The translations under genes were made by a program, and so were the position numbers. A DNA stretch of 63,240 bases from a virus (taxonomy: Duplodnaviria > Caudoviricetes): positions 1 to 63,240 of IMG/VR virus record IMGVR_UViG_3300044580_000304; one strand, written 5' to 3'. Of this stretch, positions 28,131 to 37,963 are shown piece by piece (the stretch's first letter is position 1; every line of letters begins with the position of its first letter). The notes beneath the pieces were generated by a model. The model ran no database searches and had not been told where the DNA came from. It worked only from the letters and a program-made list of their open reading frames with translations.

Positions 28131-28146
28131 TCTATCTGTATCCTCG

Positions 28147-28416
28147 CTAAGAGATTGTCCCTGTTCCTGTACCAGATGTTACGCAGGATTCATCAGGTAT
28201 AGGCGTTTGTGTAGCGTCCAAAATAACTCCCGTTGCCGTTGTAGTCACAGATATTTCTCCATTTGCAGTAATGTGAGAAATTATTTCATCGGCGATAGCC
28301 GTCCAGAATTCACGCATACTGGCTTTTGTGTCATCGGGTACTACAACCCCGAACGGAACCATTGTAAGAATCCTGTCGGCAATCGCTTGTCCTAAAACAT
28401 CTTTATCCATTGCCAT
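28147..28416 (-). CDS. Small baseplate/spike-associated protein
   Basis: Position; AIADEII.HI..N. Confidence 0.55.
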   Translation of the reverse strand: MAMDKDVLGQAIADRILTMVPFGVVVPDDTKASMREFWTAIADEIISHITANGEISVTTTATGVILDATQTPIPDESCVTSGTGTGTIS

Positions 28417-28417
28417 A

Positions 28418-29260
28418 TTAAGTTCCTATCACGGTATCACCGCAGTGCGGCAGCCCTGTGATTGGGCAAAAACTGATAGCGCAGAAAGGCCCTGAACCCT
28501 TTGGTGTAACAACCCCACCAACATTAAGCATGCCCCCCGTTATCTTTCCATCTAGAGTAGTAATCGTTAGCCCTCCTGTTTTCATTTCTACTTTGTTCCC
28601 TGTCTTGTCTTGTATGGCAATACCGTCTTCATTTGTCGTTACAATGTTCCCATTTTTGTCTTCAATTATGATTCCATCTTTATCAGCTGTGGCTTTATTC
28701 TCGTTAGTATCCTGCACGAATATACCGTTCTCATCGATTGTAATGGTGTTCCCGCTCCAGTCAGTAATGGTCACCTTTTTTTCGCTCTTCTTAACAGTGA
28801 GAGTAAATCCATTATCGTCATCAATGGTTGTATTGCCTTGAGATTTATCATAGGTCTTCTGCCATCCGCCCTCGATACGCATAAATGCTTCAGTCTCTTT
28901 ATCCTTTTTAAGAAAATCCGCTTTCATAGCTCCAAGGGTCTGCGGAAAGACGGAGGCTATGATAAAACCACTCTCAACCTGGCCTGTAGGCATCAGCATG
29001 AAGACATATGTACCTTCTGGCGGAAGATCACGTGCTCCTGTGGGAGGATCAGACTCTGTGATCCATTCTCGCGAAGCAACAGGCACACGCTCCAAAACAA
29101 ATTTTCTATCTGTCCTTATATCAACAGTGTGATCTTCCGAATGACGTGCAATGACTTTACCCCAGAGGCCATAGACACCAGGTGCAACGTTGAATCCAGA
29201 GCTTTGGATTTCGGCTTGAGTAGAGCCTCCTGGCGCCCTTTTTATGACTATTCGTTTCAT
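28418..29260 (-). CDS. Baseplate spike (gpV-like)
   Basis: OB-fold-like N-terminus; D..GN.I beta-helix repeats; C-terminal CP.TG.PH. Confidence 0.75.
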   Translation of the reverse strand: MKRIVIKRAPGGSTQAEIQSSGFNVAPGVYGLWGKVIARHSEDHTVDIRTDRKFVLERVPVASREWITESDPPTGARDLPPEGTYVFMLMPTGQVESGFIIASVFPQTLGAMKADFLKKDKETEAFMRIEGGWQKTYDKSQGNTTIDDDNGFTLTVKKSEKKVTITDWSGNTITIDENGIFVQDTNENKATADKDGIIIEDKNGNIVTTNEDGIAIQDKTGNKVEMKTGGLTITTLDGKITGGMLNVGGVVTPKGSGPFCAISFCPITGLPHCGDTVIGT

Positions 29261-30621
29261 GCTTTTTCAAGCTCCTTAAGCCTTTTCCCTATGCCAGCTA
29301 TTGGCCCCACCATGGCTCCATTGTTATAGACATATCCCCTCGTGACCCATAGTGTTGTAATTGGCGATTTACCATACGTCCATGTATGATTTGTGCGCTC
29401 AATATACCATTCTCCTCCAAGAAACGACAGCTTCATGCCTATGCTTGGGTACGCCATAAGTTTTTTGTCATCAGCACTAATAATATCAATTTGCCCATTC
29501 ATTAGTTCGTCGTTTTTACCATACCAATTATACATCGTATCAGCTGCTTTTTGGAGTACGCTCTCTATGTCTTGTTGGTTTTCTGGATCTCTCTTAACGT
29601 ACCGAAACGACATCTCTAATGGTCTATAGCCATACATTGGCCATTTATCTTTGTTAATCTTCCTCGTTTTTTGGTAATAATCCACAGTCAGGGCTTCTTC
29701 CCTTGACACGGACCATGGCATGGTTGCAAAAAAGAAGGTCCTCACCTCTGAATTGTCACGCCCAACAGAATAATCTGTCAAAAGATTCGGATTGAGTGTT
29801 GTGCTTTCGAGTTTTTGCCAGTCATCAGCATCAAAAGGTGTAAGTCTTGCGATGATCTTATACTTTTGTGTATCGCTGTCCCATTTACCATAAAGCTCGT
29901 AAAGTGGTGCTGGGATAATTCCCTTCCAAATGCTCCATATATCATTAACACCAGACTGATAGAGGCTTATTGTCATGTCGTACCAAGCCTCAAGATTTTC
30001 AGATATGCCTGAATTTATGTCTACATATCGATCTATGAGCGCCTTTATACCAGCGCTCGATGCTCCATCAGCGCCTAGGGTTGTGAGCAACATAAAGTTC
30101 CGATAAATCGTCACTAAAACATTGCGCATGTTTCTGCCAGCGGCAAGAATTTCATTTAATAGTATTTTTGAGGCAGTATCAGCATCAGGGCCAGCAAGCC
30201 ATAGATGATACTCCATGACAAGTTTAAAATCCTCAAGCAGCTTTCCAAAGCCGCCACCCTGTACCACGATTGATCGAGATGGGCCATTGTCGCTCATTTG
30301 TGCGATATATCGTATCTCAGAAACTAGCCCACAATAACGCACCTTCCCAAATTCTTCAAAGAAAACGAGGTCCATAGGCGCAATCTTGTCGACCCATGTC
30401 TGGCCATCCTTATCAATTGTTGGAAGCAGTGTAATAGAAAAAGGCGCATTAACATCAGAGATAGATTCCTCGAATGAATATCCAACCATATCAGCCGATT
30501 CACCATCTTGTGTTGGGGAAGAAGAAACGAATTTTACGATCGTTGATTCAGTGGCGCTCGAGGTATAATCAGGCCGAACGATTGTGACTGAGGTTTGGAT
30601 TCGACGTACTACACTATTCAT
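29257..30621 (-). CDS. Baseplate hub protein
   Basis: Lies between tape measure and spike; C-terminal WYIE...H.W......T.L.VTRG. Confidence 0.65.
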   Translation of the reverse strand: MNSVVRRIQTSVTIVRPDYTSSATESTIVKFVSSSPTQDGESADMVGYSFEESISDVNAPFSITLLPTIDKDGQTWVDKIAPMDLVFFEEFGKVRYCGLVSEIRYIAQMSDNGPSRSIVVQGGGFGKLLEDFKLVMEYHLWLAGPDADTASKILLNEILAAGRNMRNVLVTIYRNFMLLTTLGADGASSAGIKALIDRYVDINSGISENLEAWYDMTISLYQSGVNDIWSIWKGIIPAPLYELYGKWDSDTQKYKIIARLTPFDADDWQKLESTTLNPNLLTDYSVGRDNSEVRTFFFATMPWSVSREEALTVDYYQKTRKINKDKWPMYGYRPLEMSFRYVKRDPENQQDIESVLQKAADTMYNWYGKNDELMNGQIDIISADDKKLMAYPSIGMKLSFLGGEWYIERTNHTWTYGKSPITTLWVTRGYVYNNGAMVGPIAGIGKRLKELEKA

Positions 30622-33191
30622 TACACCCTCATCGTATTGCCTGCGGCTATAACCAGTTCAGTAGGTTCGGCTATCTTGTCGGCAGCCTTTGCAATCTTTT
30701 CTGCTGCTGCATTGTTGTTAATCGTAAACTCGTTTAGAATATGTGCAAAAGCAATAGCAAAGTCATTCCAATTTATGGCAGGCGTCGGTTCGCTTATTGA
30801 CTTCTGTTGAGCTGCTGCGAAAAGAGCACTGAATTCACGATTGAAACCTTTCTCATTACCTAGTATTTCTCCCCCAGCTCTCTCAGCCCTTGACAGCTGA
30901 ACACCAGCCATATTTTCGTTAGCCTTTGATTGTGAGGGAAAAACTTTTTTTAATATATCGGCCCACTCGCCTTCTGTTATAGCCTTGCCACCGACTGACT
31001 TCTCTGTCATGGCATTTTCCATGGCAGTATTGAGCTTCGTTAAAGTGTCACTCAAGAAGTTTCTAATGGCTTTGTCTTTATCAGCGTCTTTCACTGCCGA
31101 AGAATTTATGTTATTGATGTTGGCCATGATCCACTTGTAAATATCAGCAGCTTGTTTGTTGTTACTCATGACCGCATCTATAAAAGTCATCGGTAGAGCC
31201 TCATATTTTCTTGGCCAATCAGGAGCATATTTATTGAATATGTCGGTCATTCCGACAGCTTGCCCATATGTCACAGGTTTTGGTGAGATATATTCTTCGT
31301 AGCCCTGTGTCCATTCTTTTGTTTTATATTGACCTTGTGCAAGATACTTTGCAATCGAAGGCAGATCATTGACAGTTTTTTTGTCCCAAATATTAGTAAG
31401 GGCTCCAGAAGCAATAAGATATCGGCGTTCTTCGTTAGAGCGCGATTCGATCCATTTTATGATCTCTATTGCGGCCTCTGCGTTGTCTCCAATGCCATTT
31501 TGATTGATATCTGGTCCTTTATCCATTTCGTTGAGGCCTGCATTTAAGATCTTCGTGGCCGCTGCTTTTGCGAGAGCGTCATTTGGGCTGCCTGTATAAA
31601 TAGTCCCAAGGGCAGAGGGTATTTCTTTTTTGTAGCTCTCTACTACTTTATTGCCAACTATGCCATTAAGTATCCCTCGGAGTACCGACATGAGTTCTAC
31701 CTTAGCAGGGAGTACCGCTTCTCCTGCATTAGCAAGCGCAACTTTTATCTCGTTTGTGGCTTGCAAAAGAGTCATCTCTTGCGATGCTGCGCTTGTTGGA
31801 GCTGCGGCAACAGCATACGCATTGGCGAGCGCACTTGGAGTGCCCGCGTTGTATGCATTTATAATCTGCTGCGCTGGGATATACTTTAGGTTAAATGCTT
31901 TTATTACTTCCTCGGTAAATAATTCATACGATCCTTGTGTGATGTTTTTAATAATATCCATCGTTTGCTTAAAGATCTCGGGAGTGAGCCCAGCGTCCTG
32001 TCTCGCTCTCTGAACTGCAAGATAGCCTTCTTTGGTAATGTCCCCATATTGCTTATAAATGCTCCAGTCAACTCCTCCAGTCCCACTTTCGTTTCTAAAT
32101 TGGTGCGCGGCTGCTTCTTTCAGCACTGCTTCGGTTGCTCTGTAGCGAATCACGTCTTCTTGACTTTCAAACGCGGCTTGCTTAAACGGCTCATTCATTG
32201 TTTCATAAAGCCGCGCTCCTTGTTCTCCCTTAAAGAGCGGCTCTAGCGGAGAGCCTTTACCAAGTAGAGCAATAAAGTTTTGCGTCCTTGTTATTTCGTC
32301 AAAGCCCTTTATAACCCCTCTACTAAGTCCTTCCTCGAAGATGCGCAATGTCGCATTGAGATACTCTTGGAATTGCGCGGTTTCTAGCCCTTGCGCATAT
32401 GTTCCACCAAGTGCATAACCTAACGCGTTTGGCCCTGCATTGTAGCGTGCCGCATAGGCTTCTGCACGCATAAGAGTTTCACGTTCTGCACCAGTACCAC
32501 GTTCGTAGGCATATACCCGCTCGGCAGCGGTGTATGGTTCCATGCCTTTGGTAGATACTCCAAGCTTGGCCAGCTGGCTCACCGTAGCCATTCCTTCCTC
32601 AACGCTATAGCCGAATTTGGTTGCGGCCTGAGCTGCTAAATTAAAAGCTCTTTGGAATTCAATTGAATTTGTTCTGTAGTCGCCAGTAAGCTTGCCTAGT
32701 ACCGCAGTGAGGTCCATCACCTGCGGAATCTGTTTTTCCCACTGTTCAGAGAGTTTGTTTGCGGCAACAGCGACGCCAAGGATAGCGGCTCCTACGCCTA
32801 AGCCCACCATAGCGCCAGTTCCTAATGTAGCACCACTAAGAGCTTTTGCTCCGCTAACCGCCCCAGAGGCCATATTCAGTGCGGCTCCTGCGGCATTACC
32901 TCCCCCCATTGCTCCAATATAGCCTGGCGCTTTAGCTATAATTTTGTTGGCATCTTCAACTACTCGTAAAATAGTCGGCTTGCTTGCTTCCTCTGTTTTC
33001 GCTTCTTGTAAGCCGACAGCACCTTTATATTTTGTGAGAGCATTTGCATAGTCAATAACGCCTTGCGCGTTTCCAGCGATGGCTGCTTTTTCAAGCGCTT
33101 TACCAAGAGAGTCAATTGCCTGTGTTGCCTGATTTGCATTTGCAACAGCGTCGCCAGTTTCTAGCTTCAGCCTTATACCAACTTCATCCAT
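30621..33191 (-). CDS. Tape measure protein
   Basis: 856 aa, Ala/Gly-rich helical, follows the chaperones. Confidence 0.8.
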   Translation of the reverse strand: MDEVGIRLKLETGDAVANANQATQAIDSLGKALEKAAIAGNAQGVIDYANALTKYKGAVGLQEAKTEEASKPTILRVVEDANKIIAKAPGYIGAMGGGNAAGAALNMASGAVSGAKALSGATLGTGAMVGLGVGAAILGVAVAANKLSEQWEKQIPQVMDLTAVLGKLTGDYRTNSIEFQRAFNLAAQAATKFGYSVEEGMATVSQLAKLGVSTKGMEPYTAAERVYAYERGTGAERETLMRAEAYAARYNAGPNALGYALGGTYAQGLETAQFQEYLNATLRIFEEGLSRGVIKGFDEITRTQNFIALLGKGSPLEPLFKGEQGARLYETMNEPFKQAAFESQEDVIRYRATEAVLKEAAAHQFRNESGTGGVDWSIYKQYGDITKEGYLAVQRARQDAGLTPEIFKQTMDIIKNITQGSYELFTEEVIKAFNLKYIPAQQIINAYNAGTPSALANAYAVAAAPTSAASQEMTLLQATNEIKVALANAGEAVLPAKVELMSVLRGILNGIVGNKVVESYKKEIPSALGTIYTGSPNDALAKAAATKILNAGLNEMDKGPDINQNGIGDNAEAAIEIIKWIESRSNEERRYLIASGALTNIWDKKTVNDLPSIAKYLAQGQYKTKEWTQGYEEYISPKPVTYGQAVGMTDIFNKYAPDWPRKYEALPMTFIDAVMSNNKQAADIYKWIMANINNINSSAVKDADKDKAIRNFLSDTLTKLNTAMENAMTEKSVGGKAITEGEWADILKKVFPSQSKANENMAGVQLSRAERAGGEILGNEKGFNREFSALFAAAQQKSISEPTPAINWNDFAIAFAHILNEFTINNNAAAEKIAKAADKIAEPTELVIAAGNTMRV

Positions 33192-33193
33192 GC

Positions 33194-33460
33194 TTACGAT
33201 CCCTCAAATGCTCTCTGAATATCAGCTATTTCGTCCTCACTATAGCCCAAGTCAATAAGTTCTTCTTTACTAAAGTGTGCCCGATCTCGATGCTCGCGCC
33301 ACACACTTCTGATTGCCTCTTCGTCGTAGGTAACCCAATACTGAAAGAGGATGGCTACCTGCTCATCGGACATCTCATGAAGGCGAGGATCCGTTGGCAA
33401 TACCCGAAAATGCTCCATCAGCCACAGCCTCTGGAACACTTGCGGCCTTGTCGATTTCAA
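33194..33460 (-). CDS. Tail assembly chaperone extension (probably reached by frameshift)
   Basis: LWLMEHFRVLPTDPR; no good start/RBS; its frame is open from the TCCTTTCGT site. Confidence 0.65.
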   Translation of the reverse strand: MKSTRPQVFQRLWLMEHFRVLPTDPRLHEMSDEQVAILFQYWVTYDEEAIRSVWREHRDRAHFSKEELIDLGYSEDEIADIQRAFEGS

Positions 33461-33905
33461 TGCTTCCTGGAGATCGAGATTGTCGAATTCGTTCCTGTAC
33501 GCTTGTACGAAAGGAGTCGACCTGGCGATAAAGCTCTATTATAAGCTCTTCGTCAGGGCACTCCTCCCAGGACCATTCGTTGTCCTTGCTACGAACATCT
33601 TTCCACCAATCTGGACCGTCGATCACCACAACATCGAGTGTAGAAAATACCTCATTATTGTAGAGCGCGGAGACGTCGAAAGCCGAGGCTGGCAACCCAT
33701 TGCGTCGCACAGCCTTAAGCTGATCGATGTGGACCCTGTCCCTCCCAGTGGGATACTTAATCTTGAATACCCCTCGCGCTGTTTCAACTGTTTTCGTGAC
33801 CGCTTTGCCCTCAAGCATCACAGTAAAGAGGTCGATATTCTCATCTTTTGCTTGGATCTTAGCCTTATCTTTACGAGGAGTATCTTCGACATTAAAATCA
33901 GCCAT
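33375..33905 (-). CDS. Tail assembly chaperone
   Basis: Lies between tube and tape measure; GVFKIKYP, P.WW. Confidence 0.75.
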   Translation of the reverse strand: MADFNVEDTPRKDKAKIQAKDENIDLFTVMLEGKAVTKTVETARGVFKIKYPTGRDRVHIDQLKAVRRNGLPASAFDVSALYNNEVFSTLDVVVIDGPDWWKDVRSKDNEWSWEECPDEELIIELYRQVDSFRTSVQERIRQSRSPGSIEIDKAASVPEAVADGAFSGIANGSSPS

Positions 33906-33915
33906 ATTGCCTTCC

Positions 33916-34449
33916 TTATACTACGACGCTAGGACCAAACGGATTACTAAAACCGCCACCACCAGCCTCGTCGAGTGGGATTCTTTCGAGAGCCCAAAGC
34001 CTAATATTCGACTTCGCGTAGGCATTGCCACCTACGTTCATCCCGGACGATGCAACAACGACGCCCGAAAAGGCCGCTAGTACGGTGTCAGTCTTTTTAT
34101 TGTAGAATTCCAGATATTGGAATTTTGCACCATCATCAAGAGCAGTCTGTCGTGTAGGAATGAGCTCGGAGAGTGCCTGCGTACCCCCTGGTGCGTCATT
34201 GGTGTCCATTTTGCGCTTTGCGGGCACAAAGGAGCCAATCGTGATCTCGCAGGAATAATCCATCGGGTCTATCGAAATAGGCCCCAAATGTCCTATAACA
34301 TTAGCTTTTTGCAAATTAAAGTCATCATTATACGCGGCATCGGATGCCAGGCCTATCTCGATCTCTGGAGTGTCACTACTCCGACCTACACGTACCACCG
34401 CGTTTGCGCCAGAAGCTACAATCTGCTTCGTTACGTTATTCATTGCCAT
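33916..34449 (-). CDS. Tail tube protein
   Basis: Directly after the sheath; size and beta-rich pattern fit. Confidence 0.75.
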   Translation of the reverse strand: MAMNNVTKQIVASGANAVVRVGRSSDTPEIEIGLASDAAYNDDFNLQKANVIGHLGPISIDPMDYSCEITIGSFVPAKRKMDTNDAPGGTQALSELIPTRQTALDDGAKFQYLEFYNKKTDTVLAAFSGVVVASSGMNVGGNAYAKSNIRLWALERIPLDEAGGGGFSNPFGPSVVV

Positions 34450-34469
34450 TGTCTATGTTCCTCCCTGTC

Positions 34470-36206
34470 TTATACGACGACAGATTCCATTGAGCCGAAA
34501 TAATGTTGATTTGCAGTGATGAAGAAGAAGTTCTGAGGAGCAGTAAGATTTGTATGATATTCGATATATGTTGCACTACCGACTCTTCTAATTAACAGCC
34601 CCCATGCAGTTCTCCCCTTTACATCCTTAACAATCAACCCTTGCCTAAACCAATCAGCAACCTTTGCCCAGAATATTGCCTCAATGGTGCCATTCGACGA
34701 GGCATCTCCTGGCTTACCGACCTGTTTTGCTATCGCATCGCGAAGATCGCGAGCCATATAGTTCGATTCGCGTTTCATCGACCGCTCGCATCTCTGGAGC
34801 TCATTGCCCTGATAGGTCGTTACTGCGCGGATTGTCGCGAATCTATTATCCTGCGATTTGCCCCCAGCAATCACTCCCGCCTGAATTAGTTGTACAAGTT
34901 CGCTCTTCTTGAGGTCTTTCTCCCAGGCAAGCACATCGACGGATTTGTTCGTCATTGGTTCGTTGACTGCAAGAGCCACTTCTTGGCCGATGAGCTTCGC
35001 AGCATACATTGCGGGAGAAAAGAGCTTAATCTTTGATGCGTCGAGTACACCGTAGGCTTTAAATCCAGGATACGCAAGACTTCCTGTATCAGTTGCAAGG
35101 TTCTTTGCTCTTGTGCAGGCTTGATCGACTGTTTCTCCACTCTCTCCGCCAACAAGGAAGGTCCGCTCTTTTCTGCCCTCTGTACCAGACATGAGGATGC
35201 AATGATTTCTTATGAGTATATGCACTGCCTCATCGGTTGAAGATGTGCCAATGATGGATACTTCCTCAGTTTGCAGTAGATCAAGCGTAGCGGCATATTC
35301 GGTGACCGTACAAGCTCCATGAGTGCCACCAGAAAAGTAAACCCAGTCGGAGTCATTGTCTGGTACGGCTCTCGTTGTCGCACTAGCATAGTATTCTGCT
35401 GAGCCTATATAGGGAGCACTATTAAGCGCATCGATGATCGCTTGCAAGTTGCTTGTGGCAACATACGTTGCTGTTTTTATGTCCTGGCTTGTGACACTAT
35501 CGAGGTGCGTCGACAGCTCTGTGGCAGCATTCGGGGTTTTTGCAACACAAGTATAGGCCGCATGATCGTTGATGTAATTTACAAGCTTGTCAATTGTAGC
35601 AAATGCTGAAAAATCAATGGAAAGGTTGTCACCAGCGGCTCCAGTGACTGTCGTAGTAAGCCCAGTTTTCGTGATCGCCATCATCGCTGCGCTGCCCGTT
35701 CCCACATATTTAATCTCGAAACTTTCCATTATAATATTGTCGACTGTGTATTCGTTGCCTTCAAAACTAACTTGAATCTTTTTTGACCCAGATTGAGTTC
35801 CTGCTACAAGTTTCATCTTGACCTGATTTGTATGCAGGCCATAATCAGCCGTTTTTACGGTAACCATCTGAGCCGCTGTTTTCAGGAGCGCCCTACTTGC
35901 CTGTGTACCAGGGTTCACTCGCATAGCGCCCACATACTGCGGTATGAGGTCTCCGCCAGGGCTAAAGGCGCACAATACCGCCTCAAGCAATGGCCCACCA
36001 CGCAATGTCTCAATCGCTTCCGATGGACTGTAGAAAAAGTACAAAGTATTTGGCTTTCCACCATCAGACTCTCCGATTATCACCGCGCGATTTGCTGAGG
36101 TTCCCCCGACCTCTCCGTTTACAAAGTTTGTTCTGCTATATGCACCAGGGATATAGTGTTCAGTCCTCTGTCCTGCGGATTCAAATGCTACACTTCCAAT
36201 TCCCAT
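34470..36206 (-). CDS. Tail sheath protein
   Basis: PGAYSR, IGESDGGKP, MRVNP, C-terminal sheath motifs. Confidence 0.9.
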   Translation of the reverse strand: MGIGSVAFESAGQRTEHYIPGAYSRTNFVNGEVGGTSANRAVIIGESDGGKPNTLYFFYSPSEAIETLRGGPLLEAVLCAFSPGGDLIPQYVGAMRVNPGTQASRALLKTAAQMVTVKTADYGLHTNQVKMKLVAGTQSGSKKIQVSFEGNEYTVDNIIMESFEIKYVGTGSAAMMAITKTGLTTTVTGAAGDNLSIDFSAFATIDKLVNYINDHAAYTCVAKTPNAATELSTHLDSVTSQDIKTATYVATSNLQAIIDALNSAPYIGSAEYYASATTRAVPDNDSDWVYFSGGTHGACTVTEYAATLDLLQTEEVSIIGTSSTDEAVHILIRNHCILMSGTEGRKERTFLVGGESGETVDQACTRAKNLATDTGSLAYPGFKAYGVLDASKIKLFSPAMYAAKLIGQEVALAVNEPMTNKSVDVLAWEKDLKKSELVQLIQAGVIAGGKSQDNRFATIRAVTTYQGNELQRCERSMKRESNYMARDLRDAIAKQVGKPGDASSNGTIEAIFWAKVADWFRQGLIVKDVKGRTAWGLLIRRVGSATYIEYHTNLTAPQNFFFITANQHYFGSMESVVV

Positions 36207-36218
36207 TTATTCCTCCCG

Positions 36219-36422
36219 TCAAACCTTTCGGCTGAGCATTTCTTTTATCGCTTTACTCCATTCTGTCTCGGTCTTCATTTGACCACGAAACAGAACCTTC
36301 AACATGTCATCAATGCTCTTCGCATTGGGATTTTTGGCCAGATATTTTTGTATATCAATCTCTGGCGCCCGCCCTATCTGTTCCTCATTTAAGACAACCT
36401 CGTCTTCCTTTTTATTCGCCAC
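36219..36422 (-). CDS. Hypothetical protein
   Basis: Small ORF upstream of the sheath. Confidence 0.55.
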   Translation of the reverse strand: MANKKEDEVVLNEEQIGRAPEIDIQKYLAKNPNAKSIDDMLKVLFRGQMKTETEWSKAIKEMLSRKV

Positions 36423-37125
36423 TTAGTACCTCCGCCCATACGCTTTGATTAAGTTCGATAATCTCAGAATCCAAAATGGTCTGCTGCACTATATAATCAG
36501 CTTCAAAACTGATTTGTCCTCCATAAAGTGCTTGGCCAAAGTCAAAATTATAATTTCCGCTCCGTTGGCCTCGCACCGTATCGTCGAATATCTCGAGGTT
36601 GAAGTCCTTTTCCATTTGGACTTTTAATGGCCCAGCAAGGAAAAGCTCGAGCATGCTGTAGATTTCGTTTTTCAGTTGGATATTCTCGGCCCACACCTCG
36701 AGCGATACATGATCTCGTCGGTGCGTCGCACCCGATATGCCGTAAAGTTTTTCGTTCTCTTTGAAATAGTCATTAAGCCATGCAATAGCTCCTGTAGATA
36801 TTTGATACTTGCTAGCCCCTAGGTCTACCATATCATTGGCCGTGATTTCGCAATGTTGGAACGCATGCAGTTCGGATAGCTCGGGGACTTTCTCATCGGA
36901 GAACGAGACAACAGTAATCGACGGGAATAGCGTCCGCATGTCCCTATGCCTATTCTGATCAAGCAAGGATGCAAAAGGATGCTCAAGTCCTATATGGACC
37001 TGATTCACGATAGGATAAAGCTCGGAAAATCGCAAAGTCGCAAAGTAGTCTTGGAGTTTATTAACAAGGATGTTTTCTATATCTATTCCCTGATTTATGA
37101 TGATAACCATCTCACTGCACTCCAA
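36412..37125 (-). CDS. Tail terminator/completion protein
   Basis: Position; FPSITV motif. Confidence 0.55.
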   Translation of the reverse strand: MECSEMVIIINQGIDIENILVNKLQDYFATLRFSELYPIVNQVHIGLEHPFASLLDQNRHRDMRTLFPSITVVSFSDEKVPELSELHAFQHCEITANDMVDLGASKYQISTGAIAWLNDYFKENEKLYGISGATHRRDHVSLEVWAENIQLKNEIYSMLELFLAGPLKVQMEKDFNLEIFDDTVRGQRSGNYNFDFGQALYGGQISFEADYIVQQTILDSEIIELNQSVWAEVLSGE

Positions 37126-37963
37126 GGTCTACTTTAAGACCATCCTGAATCATTTCTTCCACCACATTGCGAACGTTGTCCGCGACATGCTGTGCGATAT
37201 GCATTGCAGGAGTAGCAGGCTTAATCCATGACCCTGCTGGCGATTCGGCAGAGATTACCCGAAAGGTAAAATAGGTCGATGATCTTTTCTTGGCAGTATT
37301 GGCTGCCATAACCGACATACCTTCTATATCTCCTCCGATTCCTCTTAATATCGATCCCCAATTGCCTCTTTCGTCTTCTCCTTCATACTCAGCACGCTGC
37401 ACCTGCTCGCCCCAAAAGTTAGGCTCTGTGTGCGTGCTCGGCAATACTTTCGTTCTTGTAAAAACTCCAGCTTTTATTTGCAATTGTAGCATCGCATAAA
37501 TCTGCTCGGGGATTATGTTTCTAAAATGCCCCCCTGTCGCCCTTGGTGTTCCCCACCTGAATGGCACAATGAGGTAAGGTACCCACCGTGGATTGTTTTT
37601 TGTCCCATGATTTGCAACACGCCCTTTCTGCCCATAAGGATGTGTCGTTTTCATATCGAGCTGTGGAGTCCCTTCCTCAAGGGCGTGTGCTACCAGCGAA
37701 TCATTGTAGATCGTATAATCGAAAGGGCCATCGTTGCGAGCCTTAATTCCAGCTGCATACCCTCCCGTAGGATTCTTTAGTTTATAAGAGGTGCCAGGTA
37801 TTTGAGCTCCCATCGCGTAGCTTTTCCATTCCGACTGGATAATCTTTACGCCTTGCTTAAATGCATCCACTGTCGCAGGCAGGCTTGCTGAGCCGATCTC
37901 TTTCAATCTTGCCTGTAAAGTCGCGAGGAGATTGCTTTCTGGGATGATCTCAATCTTTATCAT
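37112..37963 (-). CDS. Neck/tail completion protein
   Basis: A.ALEEG...DMK, YLIVPFR, YFTFRVIS..S...SWI.P. Confidence 0.65.
   Translation of the reverse strand: MIKIEIIPESNLLATLQARLKEIGSASLPATVDAFKQGVKIIQSEWKSYAMGAQIPGTSYKLKNPTGGYAAGIKARNDGPFDYTIYNDSLVAHALEEGTPQLDMKTTHPYGQKGRVANHGTKNNPRWVPYLIVPFRWGTPRATGGHFRNIIPEQIYAMLQLQIKAGVFTRTKVLPSTHTEPNFWGEQVQRAEYEGEDERGNWGSILRGIGGDIEGMSVMAANTAKKRSSTYFTFRVISAESPAGSWIKPATPAMHIAQHVADNVRNVVEEMIQDGLKVDLGVQ

Noticed and set aside
28610-29329. 239-aa plus-strand ORF
   Set aside because: Antisense to the spike gene, no RBS, non-protein-like composition
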